From contig CM059432.1 in the NCBI GenBank assembly GCA_030390025.1, positions 150,910,001 to 150,974,000 on the forward strand: 64,000 bases of DNA, in the 5' to 3' direction. Below are positions 37,198-48,669 of this stretch, piece after piece. The notes beneath the pieces are model-generated. The model was not told the DNA's origin. It did no database searches and was given only the letters and a program-made list of their open reading frames with translations. Within the stretch, counting starts at the first letter, position 1. Every line of letters begins with the position of its first letter. A program made the translations under genes and the position numbers. Source of the stretch: Squalus acanthias. Its lineage: Eukaryota.

Positions 37198-37838
37198 CTG
37201 TCCCATCAAACACTCCCAGGGCAGGTACAGCACGGGGTTAGATGCAGAGTAAAGCTCCCTCTACACTGTCCCATCAAACACTCCCAGGGCAGGTACAGCA
37301 TGGGTTAGATACAGAGTAAAGCTCCCTCTACACTGTCCCATCAAACACTCCCAGGGCAGGTACAGCACGGGTTAGATACAGAGTAAAGCTCCCTCTACAC
37401 TGTCCCATCAAACACTCCCAGGGCAGGTACAGCACGGGTTAGATACAGAGTAAAGCTCCCTCTACACTGTCCCATCAAACACTCCCAGGGCAGGTACAGC
37501 ACGGGTTAGATACAGAGTAAAGCTCCCTCTACACTGTCCCATCAAACACTCCCAGGGCAGGTACAGCACGGGTTAGATACAGAGTAAAGCTCCCTCTACA
37601 CTGTCCCATCAAACACTCCCAGGGCAGGTACAGCACGGGTTAGATACAGAGTAAAGCTCCCTCTACACTGTCCCATCAAACACTCCCAGGGCAGGTACAG
37701 CACGGGTTAGATACAGAGTAAAGCTTCCTCTGCACTGTCCCATCAAACACCCCCAGGGCAGGTACAGCACGGGTTAGATACAGAGTAAAGCTCCCTCTAC
37801 ACTGTCCCATGAAACACTCCCAGCACGGGGTCAGATAC
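37198..37838. repeat. 67-bp minisatellite, about 9.5 copies
   Basis: Unit ctgtcccatcaaacactcccagggcaggtacagcacgggttagatacagagtaaagctccctctaca at 37266, 37333 ... 37802. Confidence 0.96.
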
Positions 37839-38590
37839 AGGTCCTTGAAGGGATGGGGCCGGGGTTAGATACAGGTATTAAAGGGATGGGGCTGGGGTTA
37901 GATACAGGTATTAAAGGGATGGGGCTGGGGTTAGATACAGGTATTAAAGGGATGGGGCCGGGGTTAGATACAGGTATTAAAGGGATGGGGCCGGGGTTAG
38001 ATACAGGTATTAAAGGGATGGGGCCGGGGTTAGATACAGGTATTAAAGGGATGGGGCCGGGGTTAGATACAGGTATTAAAGGGATGGGGCTGGGGTTAGA
38101 TACAGGTATTAAAGGGATGGGGCTGGGGTTAGATACAGGTATTAAAGGGATGGGGCTGGGGTTAGATACAGGTATTACACGGATGGGGCCGGGGTTAGAT
38201 ACAGGTATTAAAGGGATGGGGCCGGGGTTAGATACAGGTATTAAAGGGATGGGGCTGTGGTTAGATACAGGTATTAAAGGGATGGGGCTGGGGTTAGATA
38301 CAGGTATTAAAGGGATGGGGCTGGGGTTAGATACAGGTATTAAAGGGATGGGGCCGGGGTTTGATACAGGTATTAAAGGGATGGGGCCGGGGTTTGATAC
38401 AGGTATTAAAGGGATGGGGCTGGGGTTAGATACAGGAATTAAAGGGATGGGGCTGGGGTTAGATACAGGTATTAAAGGGATGGGGCTGGGGTTAGATACA
38501 GGAATTAAAGGGATGGGGCCGGGGTTAGATACAGGTATTAAAGGGATGGGGCCGGGGTTTGATACAGGAATTACACGGATGGGTCTGGGC
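37839..38590. repeat. 33-bp minisatellite, about 22 copies
   Basis: Unit acaggtattaaagggatggggc(c/t)ggggttagat. Confidence 0.96.
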
Positions 38591-39977
38591 AGTCAGAAAA
38601 GGTAAGTTTAAGTTTTAAAAGTGAGGAGCCCCTCCCGGCCTCACAGAAGTCGATTCCCGCTATGCCTGACCCTCCACGGGTTGGCTCCTCCCCCATCCCC
38701 ACCTTGTGCTACCTGCACCAACTGGGTTCCACGCTGACAGCAGCTGATCTTCAGGCCCCTCCAATCGATGAGCTGACTGAAAGGCACAAACATCTCACTG
38801 ATGGAAGGGGTAATAAGGCTTGACCGTGAAAATGACTCAAGCCTCCTGCTGGTGACATCAGGTACGCGGGTTCTACCCTCCATCCAAACCGAGACTCTGC
38901 CCCGGAATTCTTCCCTCAAGCTCTTGGATTACTTCTACCCATGCGATTTATTTAATTTTGTCTGTAAACAATTGGGCCTATATACTGGCCCCATACAATT
39001 CCGATATGGTATTACGTCTCCTAAGCTTATCTATCGGCCATTAACTCGATGACAATGTTTGCCACTGTTGTTCTACATAAACTCTGAAAGCGCTCCAGAT
39101 GAGATGCACAGACAGGAAGTGAAGTTCGACGCAGCACTGACGAGTATGTGGGACCAGCTCTCACTCAACCATGCCCGGCATCCAGGCTCAGGTTTCCCAT
39201 AGACAAGGTTACAGGAGCAGGTGGCGCACGCACCATTACGTCCTGCTTTATTAGCCCCATTTCAGACTGCCAATGACCCTGTCTGCACTCTTAAAAAGCA
39301 TATCGAGTGAATTGCTGAACTATTCAGGATCTCTCCAGAGCATCTTGTTAACCCGCACAGCAGAAGAATTCACAGCTGTTGGATGAACTTGTCTGGGCTA
39401 AATATACACAGCACATGAAGCTGCTGGTTCAGACCGAAGCTCTGGAATGGTCGACGTCTGTGGCCTTGTGTGAAAATTCCAGTCACTGCGGAGAGGATTG
39501 CGTGCATCGTCGCTGTGCAAATCTTTACGTTCTGTGCACAATTCAGCAGTAATAGGATACATTTTATGAATCAGAAACCAGTAAGTCTCCTGTCGTGGTG
39601 CCCATAGGTAGCCTTGGGACACGGCGCGCAGTCCTGATGTTTACCGCGGTTCTGTTGCAGCTTAAATGTGACAGTGGTGTAAATCAGCAAATTTACTGCA
39701 GCAACATATTAAATGACTAATTCAAGGTAAAAAATATTCCATGCCTTATAGATACTGAAAGCTGCAGGGCCTCGCAAATATAATGGGGCGGGGTGGGGGG
39801 GGGGGAGCTGGTCTACGCCAGTAGCGTGAAAAGGGCCCATGGCGAATTGACAGCCTGTTTTACACTGTGCCCACTTTTTTTTCCCATTAAAGTAAATGAA
39901 AAACGGGCTGCAGATTCACTGAGCCCATTTCATGCTACTGGCGTTGACCAATTTCACCCCCCGCTGTTTGTAACGTT

Positions 39978-40548
39978 GGCCCTGAATTTGCGGTCGGAGA
40001 CTTCCCGCGGGGAAACGCCTCCGATCCACGAATAAAATGCCGTGTACCCGGTGGTCCGGGAGGTACGGACACACGAGGTCCTGGGCCTCTCCGGGTACCC
40101 GTGGGCAGAGGTCCCCGTATCCCAGGGACGCAGGCAGTTTGCAAGCGCCCCTGCGATCACGTGGGCTTGCCCAAAGCATGACAGAAGGGAATCCCCATTC
40201 ACACTTATGGGGATTCTGTATGTACGGAAACCCACGAGCATGAATGGGAAAACCCCAAAAAAATACATGTACACATGTTCATTTAAATTCTTACGCTGGT
40301 AAAAGCAGGACATACGCCTACTTTTATCAGGTGTAAGAATTTCACGGGCATTCGCTGGGCAGTAGTTGGGCAAATAGCACAACTCTCCGCCCGCGGATGC
40401 CCTTTTCCCGGGGATGCGGATGATTTGACAGATTGTAAGTTCTGGGTTTTCGCGCATGCGCTTTGCACGTGAAAACCCGGAACTTGCACGGCCCTTATGG
40501 GCGCATACGCACCACGTACACACCCGTAGAGGCCGCAAATTACAGGCC
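39978..40548. mobile_element. Harbinger-like MITE
   Basis: TIR ggccctgaatttgcgg / ccgcaaattacaggcc; internal hairpin ctggtaaaagcagg...cctacttttatcag shared with 44869-45620. Confidence 0.65.
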
Positions 40549-40584
40549 ATTAGTTCCCTACCACTTTGCAAAGCTTACTTCAAG

Positions 40585-41272
40585 TGCCAGCCTTGTCTCA
40601 GCAGTAACACTCTCACTTTGAGGCAGAAGGTCATAGCTTCGACCCCCACTTCAGGACTTGAGTGTATAATTTACATTGACACTTCGGTGCAGTGCTGAGG
40701 GAGTGCTGCACTGTCGGAGGTGCCATCTTTTGAATTAGACAGAGAACACAAAAAACGACTATTCTGGTTTTACTCCACATGCGAGCAAATAGTTCTAACC
40801 ACATTTACCCACTCTGTTCCCATATCCCTTCAACCCCTTTTCCTTCATCCATCCATTCATTCTAATCTAGAATATTGGCTTCGTTTCTGCTTCAAGCACT
40901 AACCCTGGACGTGAATTCCACAGCCTCACAACTCTCCGTGTGAAGAAGTTTCTCCTGCCCTGTGTTCTAAATCTCTTAGACTGAAACTTGTCAAGCTCAG
41001 GTGGACATAAAAGATCCCGTGGTACTATCTGAGGAAGAGCAGCGGAGTTCTCCCAGTGGCCTGGGGCCAATATTAATCCCTCAACCAACATCACCAAGAA
41101 CAGATTATCTGGTCATTATCACACTGCTGTTTGTGGGGCCTTGCTGGGTTCAAATTGACTGCCAGGTTTCCCTACATCACAACAGTGACTGCACTTCAAA
41201 AGGAATGAATTAGCATTGAAGCACTTTGGGACTTACTGAGATCGTGAAATGCAAATTTGTTCTTACTTTCTT
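40585..41272 (+). mobile_element. Deu-domain SINE interrupted by an old CR1 3' fragment (about 40735-40985, minus)
   Basis: SINE head, core and tail are colinear around the insertion; the insert reads RRNFFTRRVVRLWNS on the minus strand. Confidence 0.7.
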
Positions 41273-41997
41273 AAGAAGCAAGTAATTGTTTCTTGTTTGC
41301 TCCCAAAACATATTTCCAGTTATTTACAGATAATTTTTTTTGCTCTACCTCCCATTGTACTATCTGTTCAAGAAGCAAGTATTTTATTTATTTGTTTATT
41401 CACCCCTCCTCCCTCCTGAAAGCCTTCCTTCGTTTTCTTAATTATTTACATAAATGCGATTTTTTTAATCTTCCCTGTAGATTTACAGTTCTTGCACAGG
41501 GTTGGGGAGGGGCATCCCACCATTGAGTCTCAAAACTCAGCACCTACTCACCACCCCTTGGACTGACTGCTGGACGAACTGTCTGACTGACAAACTCCGG
41601 CTGCAGTGTCCAAGACTCAGCATCAAAACAATCTCCCTCATAAAAATCTCCCTCCAGGCACAGTGACAGAAAAAAAATCTCATCTCAAACACCACCGGTT
41701 CAGAATTTTAATTTAATTGATTGAATTGTATTAAATATTGTAAAGAAACATCGTAATTAAAAATGTTATTTCCACTGCTCATACCTCACTATTGTCATTT
41801 GCAAATCTTCTGTCTTGTTGTCATGTGAAATGAGTTGCCATGGTGAAATCTGGATATTACAGTTAAATACATGAAAGGTAGAAACTACAATCCCTTATAC
41901 AAAAGCAAAATACTGCGGATACTGGAAATCTGAAATAAAAACAGAAAATGCTGGAAATACTCAGCAGGTCAGGCAGCATCTGTGGAGCGAGAAACAG

Positions 41998-42034
41998 AGT
42001 TAACGTTTCAGGTCGATGACCCTTCGTCAGAACT
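41998..42034 (-). ncRNA. Minimal type-I hammerhead ribozyme motif in the Penelope terminal repeat
   Basis: Minus strand AGUU-CUGACGA-A-GGGUC auc GACCU-GAA-ACGU-U-AACU: core, stem II, palindromic ACGU in place of stem III, stem I AGUU/AACU. Confidence 0.7.
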
Positions 42035-42655
42035 GGAAAAAGTTGGAGATGGAACAGGTTTTTAAGCAAGTGTAGGGGCAGGGAGAGGGGGGAGGGCAGG
42101 AAAGAACAAAAGAGAAGGTCTGTGATAGGGTGGAAGGCAGGAGAGATTAAAGACAAAAGGGATGATGGTGCAAGGTGAAAGGAGATGGTAATGGGACAAG
42201 TTAAGAAACAAAAGATGACTCTAGATGAAGTGTAAATGGCGATGGCAGAATGATCGACAGCTGCCATGTGAGAGAGAGAGAAAAAAAAAGAAACAAACTG
42301 TCACTGACCTCATCTCCTCTGGAGACCTTCCCTCCACAGCCGGCAACCTCATAGTTCCCCAACCCCGCACAGCCCGCTTCTACCTCCTTCCCAAGATCCA
42401 AAAACAGGGCTGCCCTGGTAGACCCATCGTTTCAGCCTGTTGTTGCCCCACAGAACTTATCTCTTCCTATCTCGACTCTACTTTTTCTCGCCTTGTCCAG
42501 TCTCTTCCCACCTACATCCGCAACCCTTCCGACGCCCTTCACCACTTTAACAGTTTCCAGTTGCCTGGCCCCAACCGCCTTCTTTTCACTATGGACGTCC
42601 AATCTCTCTACACCTTCACCCCCCACCAGGATGGCCTGAGGTCGCTCTGCTTCTT

Positions 42656-44093
42656 ACATAAGAAATAGGAGCAGGAATAGGCCATTTGGCCCTTCGAGCC
42701 TGCTGTGCCATTCAATAAGATCATGGCTGATCTTCTGCCTCATCTCCACTTTCCTGAACTATCCCCATATCCCTTGATTCCCTTATATTCAAAAATCTAT
42801 CGAACTCTGTCTTGAATATACTCATGACTGAGCCTCCACAGCCCTCTGGGGTGGAGAATTCCAAAGATTCACCACCCTCTGAGTGAAAAAATGTCTCCTC
42901 ATCTCAGTCCTAAATAGGCCGACCCCTTATTCTGAGAATGTGGCCCTTGGTTCTAGACTCCTTAGCCAGGGGAAACATCCTCCCTGCATCTACCCTGTCA
43001 AGCCCTGTAAGGATTTTGTATGTTTCAAAGAGATCACCTCTCATTCTTCTAAACTCCAGAGAATATAGGCCTAGTCTACTCAATATCTCTCCTCATAGGA
43101 CAAAACCCCCATCCCAGGAATCAGTCTGGTGAACCTTTGTTGCACTCCCTCTATGGCAAGTATATCCTTCCTTAGGTAAGGAGACCAAAACTGTACACAA
43201 TACTCCAGGTGTGGTCTCACCAGGGCCCTATATAATTGCAGTAAGATGTCTTTACTCTTATACTCAAATCCTCTTGTAATAAAGGCCAACATACCATTTG
43301 CTTTCCTAATTGCTTGCTGTACCTGCATGTTAACTTTCAGTGATTCATGTACAAGGACATACAGGTCCCTCTGAACACCAACATTACCCAATCTCTCACC
43401 ATTTAAAAAATACTCTGCTTTTCTATTTTTCCTACCAAAGTGGATAACTTCACATTTCTCCACATTATATTCCATTTGCCATGTTCTTGCCCACTCACTT
43501 AGCCTGTCTATATCCCCTTGAAGCCTCCTTGCATCCTCCTCACAACTTAAATTCCCACCCAGCTTTGTATCATCAGCAAACTTGTATATATTACATTTGG
43601 TCCCCTCATCCAAATCATTGATGTAGATTGTGAATAGCTGAGGCCCAAGCACTGATCCATGTGGTACCCCATTAGTTATAGCCTACCAACCCGAAATGAC
43701 CTGTTTATTCTTACTCTCTGTTTTCTGTCCATTAACCAATCCTCAATCCATGCTAGTATATTACCCCCAATCCCATGAGTCCTAATTTTGCTTAATAACC
43801 TCTTGTGTGCCACCGTATCGAATGCGTTCTGAAAATCTAAATACACCACATCCACTGGTTCCCCCTTATCTATTCTGCTAGTTCCAACCTCAAAAAACTC
43901 CAACAGATTTGTCAATCACAATTTCCCCTTTCATAAATCCGTGTTGACTCTGCCCAATCCTATTATGATTTTCTAAGTGCCCTGTTACCATGTCCTTAAT
44001 AACAGATTCAAGCATTTTCCCTACTACTGATGTCAGGCTAACTGGTCTGTAGTTCCCCGTTTTCTCTCTCCATCCTTTCTTAAATAGTGGGGT
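42656..44093 (-). mobile_element. CR1 LINE, 5'-truncated
   Basis: ORFs 43080-43652 and 43676-43915 (KFADD, LVRPHLEY); CR1 3' UTR at 42656-42780. Confidence 0.92.
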
Positions 44094-44868
44094 CTCTGTT
44101 CAAGGGGAGGGGAAGATGTGTTTGGTGGTGGGATCACGCTGGAGGTGGCGGAAATGGCGGAGGATGATCCGTTGAATGTGGAGGCTGGTGGGGTGAAAGG
44201 TGAAGACAAGGGGAACTCTCACAGACACAGACACACATAGGGCTGAATTTTGCAGGCACTCAGAGACCAGGATTTGAGGCGGGTCCACTATCAAAATCAA
44301 AAAGATTGAGAGCGAGCCGGTATCCCGCTCTGAACCCGCCTCCTTGTCAGTTTCCCTAGTGCCGTTCCTGCCTGCGCTTTGCAGACACGGCACTAAGCGT
44401 GGGTCAGGCAATTGTGCTGGTTAAGAGGGTGTTTAAAGCAATTTAATCACCATTTTACCAGGTACAAAGCATTTTCCCAAGTTTTCCACGAGGCTCCCGT
44501 CGCTCGGGGTTCAGGCCAGGTAAGTATGTCAGGTTCTGAACAACTCTCCATTTCTTTCAATAGGTTACAGCTGCAAAAGTGGTTTCAAACCTGCCATTTT
44601 ACAGCTGGTCACTTTCCAATCTCAGAAGCTTCAGCCTTCAGTATTTAGAACCCACTGTTTAGCTTTATGCACTTTGGAAGTGTTTGGAGTAATCTCTCTA
44701 TCCAGTGTCACCATCACTCTTTCAGGCAGTGCATGTCCTCTTGAAGTCTCTCACTATCCTCCTCACTGTTCACTATATGGTCATTGCCTGGCACTTGTGT
44801 GGTACTTACAGGTGTTTCTATGTTTTATGTGCAAGATTAGTTTTTTTTGATATGTGTAATTTTTTAAT

Positions 44869-45620
44869 GGCCCACACATTCCGATCCCTACGGGTGGGTA
44901 CGCGCTGTGTACACACCCGTAGGGACATTGGAAATGCCGGTTTGAGGCATGCACAATGCATGCGCTGAAAACCAGCATTTCCGATCTGCCAAGAATGGTC
45001 TTGACAGATCCTCCGCCTGCCCTGGAGAAGGGCCTCTGCGGGGGGAGAGTTCCGCTTTATGGAGAACCTCCGCCCGCAGAAAAGCCTTAGAAATCGTACG
45101 CCTGGTAAAAGCAGCGTAAGGCCTGCTTTTATCAGGATAAGAGTTGAAAAAAGTTTTAAAAATTTCACTGATTTATCATTTAAAAATACTTTAATAAAGG
45201 TAAGTTTATTTTTAGCCCCGTTAAAAACTTTAATTATTTTTTTCCAAAATTTAAACTTTTGTTTAAAATATTTAATTTATTGTAATTTCAAGTCATTTTA
45301 AATATGTGATTTTTAAAAAAAAATGTATTTAAAGTTTTACTATGTTTTGGGGGTGATCTCCATTCATATATTTGACAGGTCTTCCTGTCAAGTGTATGAA
45401 GGGAGATTCCCTTCTTTGATTGGCTCCCCATGGCCCACGTGATCCCAGGGACGCTGCGAACTACATGCGCCCCTGGGATACATAGGCCCTGCACACTTGG
45501 AGTTCGAGAGGCCCAGGATCGGAACTGTGTGCGTCCCGGGAGCCCTCAGGTAAGGGCGCAGATTTTTTCCAGATCGGAGTCTTCCGCACACGGGAGGTCT
45601 GCGACCGGAAAATACGGGCC
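44869..45620. mobile_element. Harbinger-like MITE with 3-bp TSD AAT
   Basis: aat|ggcccacacattccg ... cggaaaatacgggcc|aat; related to 39978-40548. Confidence 0.68.
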
Positions 45621-46496
45621 AATGTTTGTTCAGCATTGAGGTATACTGAGGAAGGAAAATGACAGCTGAAAATATTGTGAAGAAATAAATTTTACTACCA
45701 TCCCATTTCTATCCTTCATTTTCTCTCCTAATTAAATCCATTGCTGACAGCCAGCTCATCCTCACCGCTCCCAAAATTTATTTTTTGAATCCCACCAGTC
45801 CAGTTTCTGTCCTACCCACAGCAACAACACCGCCCGAGTCAAAGTCACTCCTGTAATCCTATGTGACAGTGACGGGGGCACATTAGCTTTCTTGTGTCCA
45901 TGACCTCTGGCAGTGTTGAACACAGTCGGCCACTCCATTCTCCTCCACCAACCTTGAGGGGCCACCCGCACCCTATTTCACTGCTACTCGTCCCAGTTGA
46001 GACAGCAAGGGTCGCTCCTCCTACCTTCGGATTGCTGCAATAGCTGCCTTGACCCCCTCCATCTCATTTGCATGCTGCCCTTTGGAGACATTATCTGGAG
46101 CATTGGTGTTAGATAGGTGTTCAGATGACCTCTCCATCATCCTCAATTTCACAAGCAACCGTGTTATCAAACTGCCGACCTGGTATCCATGTGGGGCTGG
46201 AATATTCTCCAACTGAACAATGGTAGATATGATGCATTCTTATTTGGCACCCACTAAAAACTCTGTATTCTTGCCCCTGACTCCATCCCTTTCCACTTCC
46301 CTCTTCTACCCTCAGGGCAGTTCTTACATCAGTGCTGTTGCTAATGGATGGGGAAAGGCCCCTTGCCTCTCAGTGTCGCTTTCTGAAAACCAGCTTGAAA
46401 CCTGAGTGCTGCTGGTGGGGGGCCAGTCCAAATGCTGCAGGACTTTTGGAGTGGGGCTGGTCCATTAGTGGCAGCACGCATGGCAGTGGGGCCTGT

Positions 46497-46880
46497 GAAA
46501 GGGGGCAGTACATTAACATCAGATACTTGGGGAGTAGGGATGGGAAAGGGGGCAGTACATTAACATCAGTACTTGGGGAGTAGGGATGGGAAAGGGGGCA
46601 GTACATTAACATCAGTACTTGGGGAGTAGGGATGGGAAAGGGGGCAGTACATTAACATCAGATACTTGGGGAGTGGGGATGGGAAAGGGGGCAGTACATT
46701 AACATCAGATACATGGGGAGTGGCGATGGGAAAGGGGGGAGTACGTTAGCATCAGTACTTGGGGAGTGGGGATGGGAAAGGGGGCAGTACATTAACATCA
46801 GTACTAGGGGAGTGGGGCGTGTGAAAGGGGGGAGTACATTAACATCAGTACTAGGGGAGTGGGGATGGGAAAGGGGACAG
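46497..46880. repeat. 46/47-bp G-rich minisatellite, about 8 copies
   Basis: Unit gaaagggggcagtacattaacatcag(a)tacttggggagtagggatgg. Confidence 0.93.
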
Positions 46881-47388
46881 TCCAATCATGGCAGTTCCAG
46901 GACCAGAAAAGTTCCACTTGTAGCTGCAGTGGAACTGCTGTTGGTTTGGTATATGCTGATGGATGTGATTACATTCCCTGGAGAAAGTCTTACACCCATT
47001 TAGCTTTGTACATGCTACAGTAAAGAAAGAACTTGTATTTAGTAAAACCTCATCGCATCCACAGTACATCTCAAAGCACTTGACGAAGAATTAAATACTT
47101 TTGAAATACAGTCACTGTTGTTATGTGGACAAATGTGGCAGACAGTTCAACATAGAATTACATAGAATATCCAGCACTGAAACAGGCCATTCGGCCCAAC
47201 CAGTCCATGCCGGCGTTTATGCTCCACTCGAGCCTCCTCCCGTCTTTCCTCATCTAACTCTATCAGCATAACCCTCTATTCCCTTCTCCCTCATATGCTT
47301 GTCTAGCCTCCCCTTAAATGCATCTGTACTATTTGCCTCAACCACTCCCTGTGGTAGCAAGTTCCACATTATCACCACTCTCTGGGTA

Positions 47389-47640
47389 GCTGTGCCTTCT
47401 GTTGCCTAGGCCCTAAGCTCTGGAATTCCCTGCCTAAACCTCTCCGCCTCACTACCTCTCTTTCCTCCTTAAGACGCTCCTTAAAACCTACTTCTTTGAC
47501 CAAGCTTTTGGTCACCTGCCCTAATTTCTCCTTATGTGGCTCGGTGTCAAATTTTTTGTCTTAAAATACTCCTGTGAAGCGCCTTGGAACATTTTACTAC
47601 ATTAAAGGCGCTATTTAAATACAAGTTGTTGTTGTTGTTG
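47389..47640 (+). mobile_element. L2 LINE 3' end with (GTT)n tail
   Basis: ctctggaattccctgcc...aaaacctacttctttgaccaagctttt...aaaggcgctatttaaatacaagttgttgttg; gta duplicated at the flanks. Confidence 0.8.
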
Positions 47641-48669
47641 TAAAGAAGATTCTTCTGAATTCCCTATTTGATTTTTTGGTGACTATCTTATATTGATGGC
47701 CTCTCGTTTTGATCTTCCCCACAAGTGGAAACACTCTCTCTGTATCCACTCTATCAAAACCTTTCATCATTTTAAAGACCTCTATATTAGGTCACCCCTC
47801 AGCCTTCTCTTTTAAAGAGAATAGAGACCCTGCCTGTTCATCCTTTCCTGATAGGTATAATCTTCTGTTATCAGTTCTGGTATCATTCTTGTCAATCTTT
47901 TATGCACCCTCTCTAGTGCCTCTATCCTTTTTATAATATGGTGACCAGAATTGTACACAGTACTCCAAGTGTGGTCTAACCAAGGTTCAATACAAGTTTA
48001 GCATAACTTCTCTACTTTTCAATTCTATCGCTCCAGAAATAAATCCTAGTGCTTGGTTTGCTTTTGTTATGGTCTTATTCACCTACGTCGTAACTTTTAG
48101 TGATTTGGGTATTTGTACTCCCAGATCCTTTTGCTTCTCTACCCCATTTAAATTCTTATTTTCCAAATTTATTTTCTTAAATATAAGAATAACGTTAGCT
48201 ATCGTTTTTCTAACGTATTATTAAATATGTGTAATAATGCCTCTGCTATCTCTTCCCTAGATTCTTTTAAAATGCACGGATGCAATCCATCCGGACCAGG
48301 GGTTTTATCCTCTTTGAATTTGCCTCGTTGATTTAATATTTCTCTTCTTTTTTATTTTAAATGTGGTTATATTATTTCTAATCTCATCTTCCGATGTCAT
48401 TTCCACCTGATCCGTCTCCCTGGTAAATACTGAAGCAAAATAATTAGTAAAAATTCTGGCATTTCGCTATCACTGCCTGTGATTTTATCCTGATCGTCCC
48501 TTAGTGGCCCTATTCCCATTCCGACTTTCCTTTTTTTTATTTATGTGCCTGCAGAATATTTTACTATTTTGTTTTATGTTCCTTGATAATTTAAGTTCAT
48601 AGTTCCTCTTTGACTTCCTAATTGTTTTCTTGACTTCTCTCCTAGTCTCTTTGTATTCTCCCTTGTCAT

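Larger units (their letters stand above)
41899..44220. mobile_element. Penelope-like element: minus-strand 3' end (41899-42270), plus-strand RT fragment (42293-42652), minus-strand linker fragment (44103-44220); interrupted by CR1
   Basis: FYLLPKI...GRPIVS...FTMDVQSLYT is PLE-type RT. RVPLVFTFHP...IILRHF is the PLE linker region. Confidence 0.85.

Noticed and set aside
37198..37838. Possible twister or hammerhead retrozyme in the 67-mer
   Set aside because: No CUGANGA/GAAA core, and I could not build the twister P2/P4 stems and pseudoknots despite a GAGGG motif.
37853..38605. 250-aa ORF of GLDTGIKGMG(L/P) repeats
   Set aside because: By-product of a stop-free 33-bp minisatellite; no promoter, acceptor or homology support.
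39050..39650. Coding-looking unique sequence (also 56500-57380)
   Set aside because: No sustained ORF or recognisable motif on either strand; possibly very old transposon debris, cannot be assigned.
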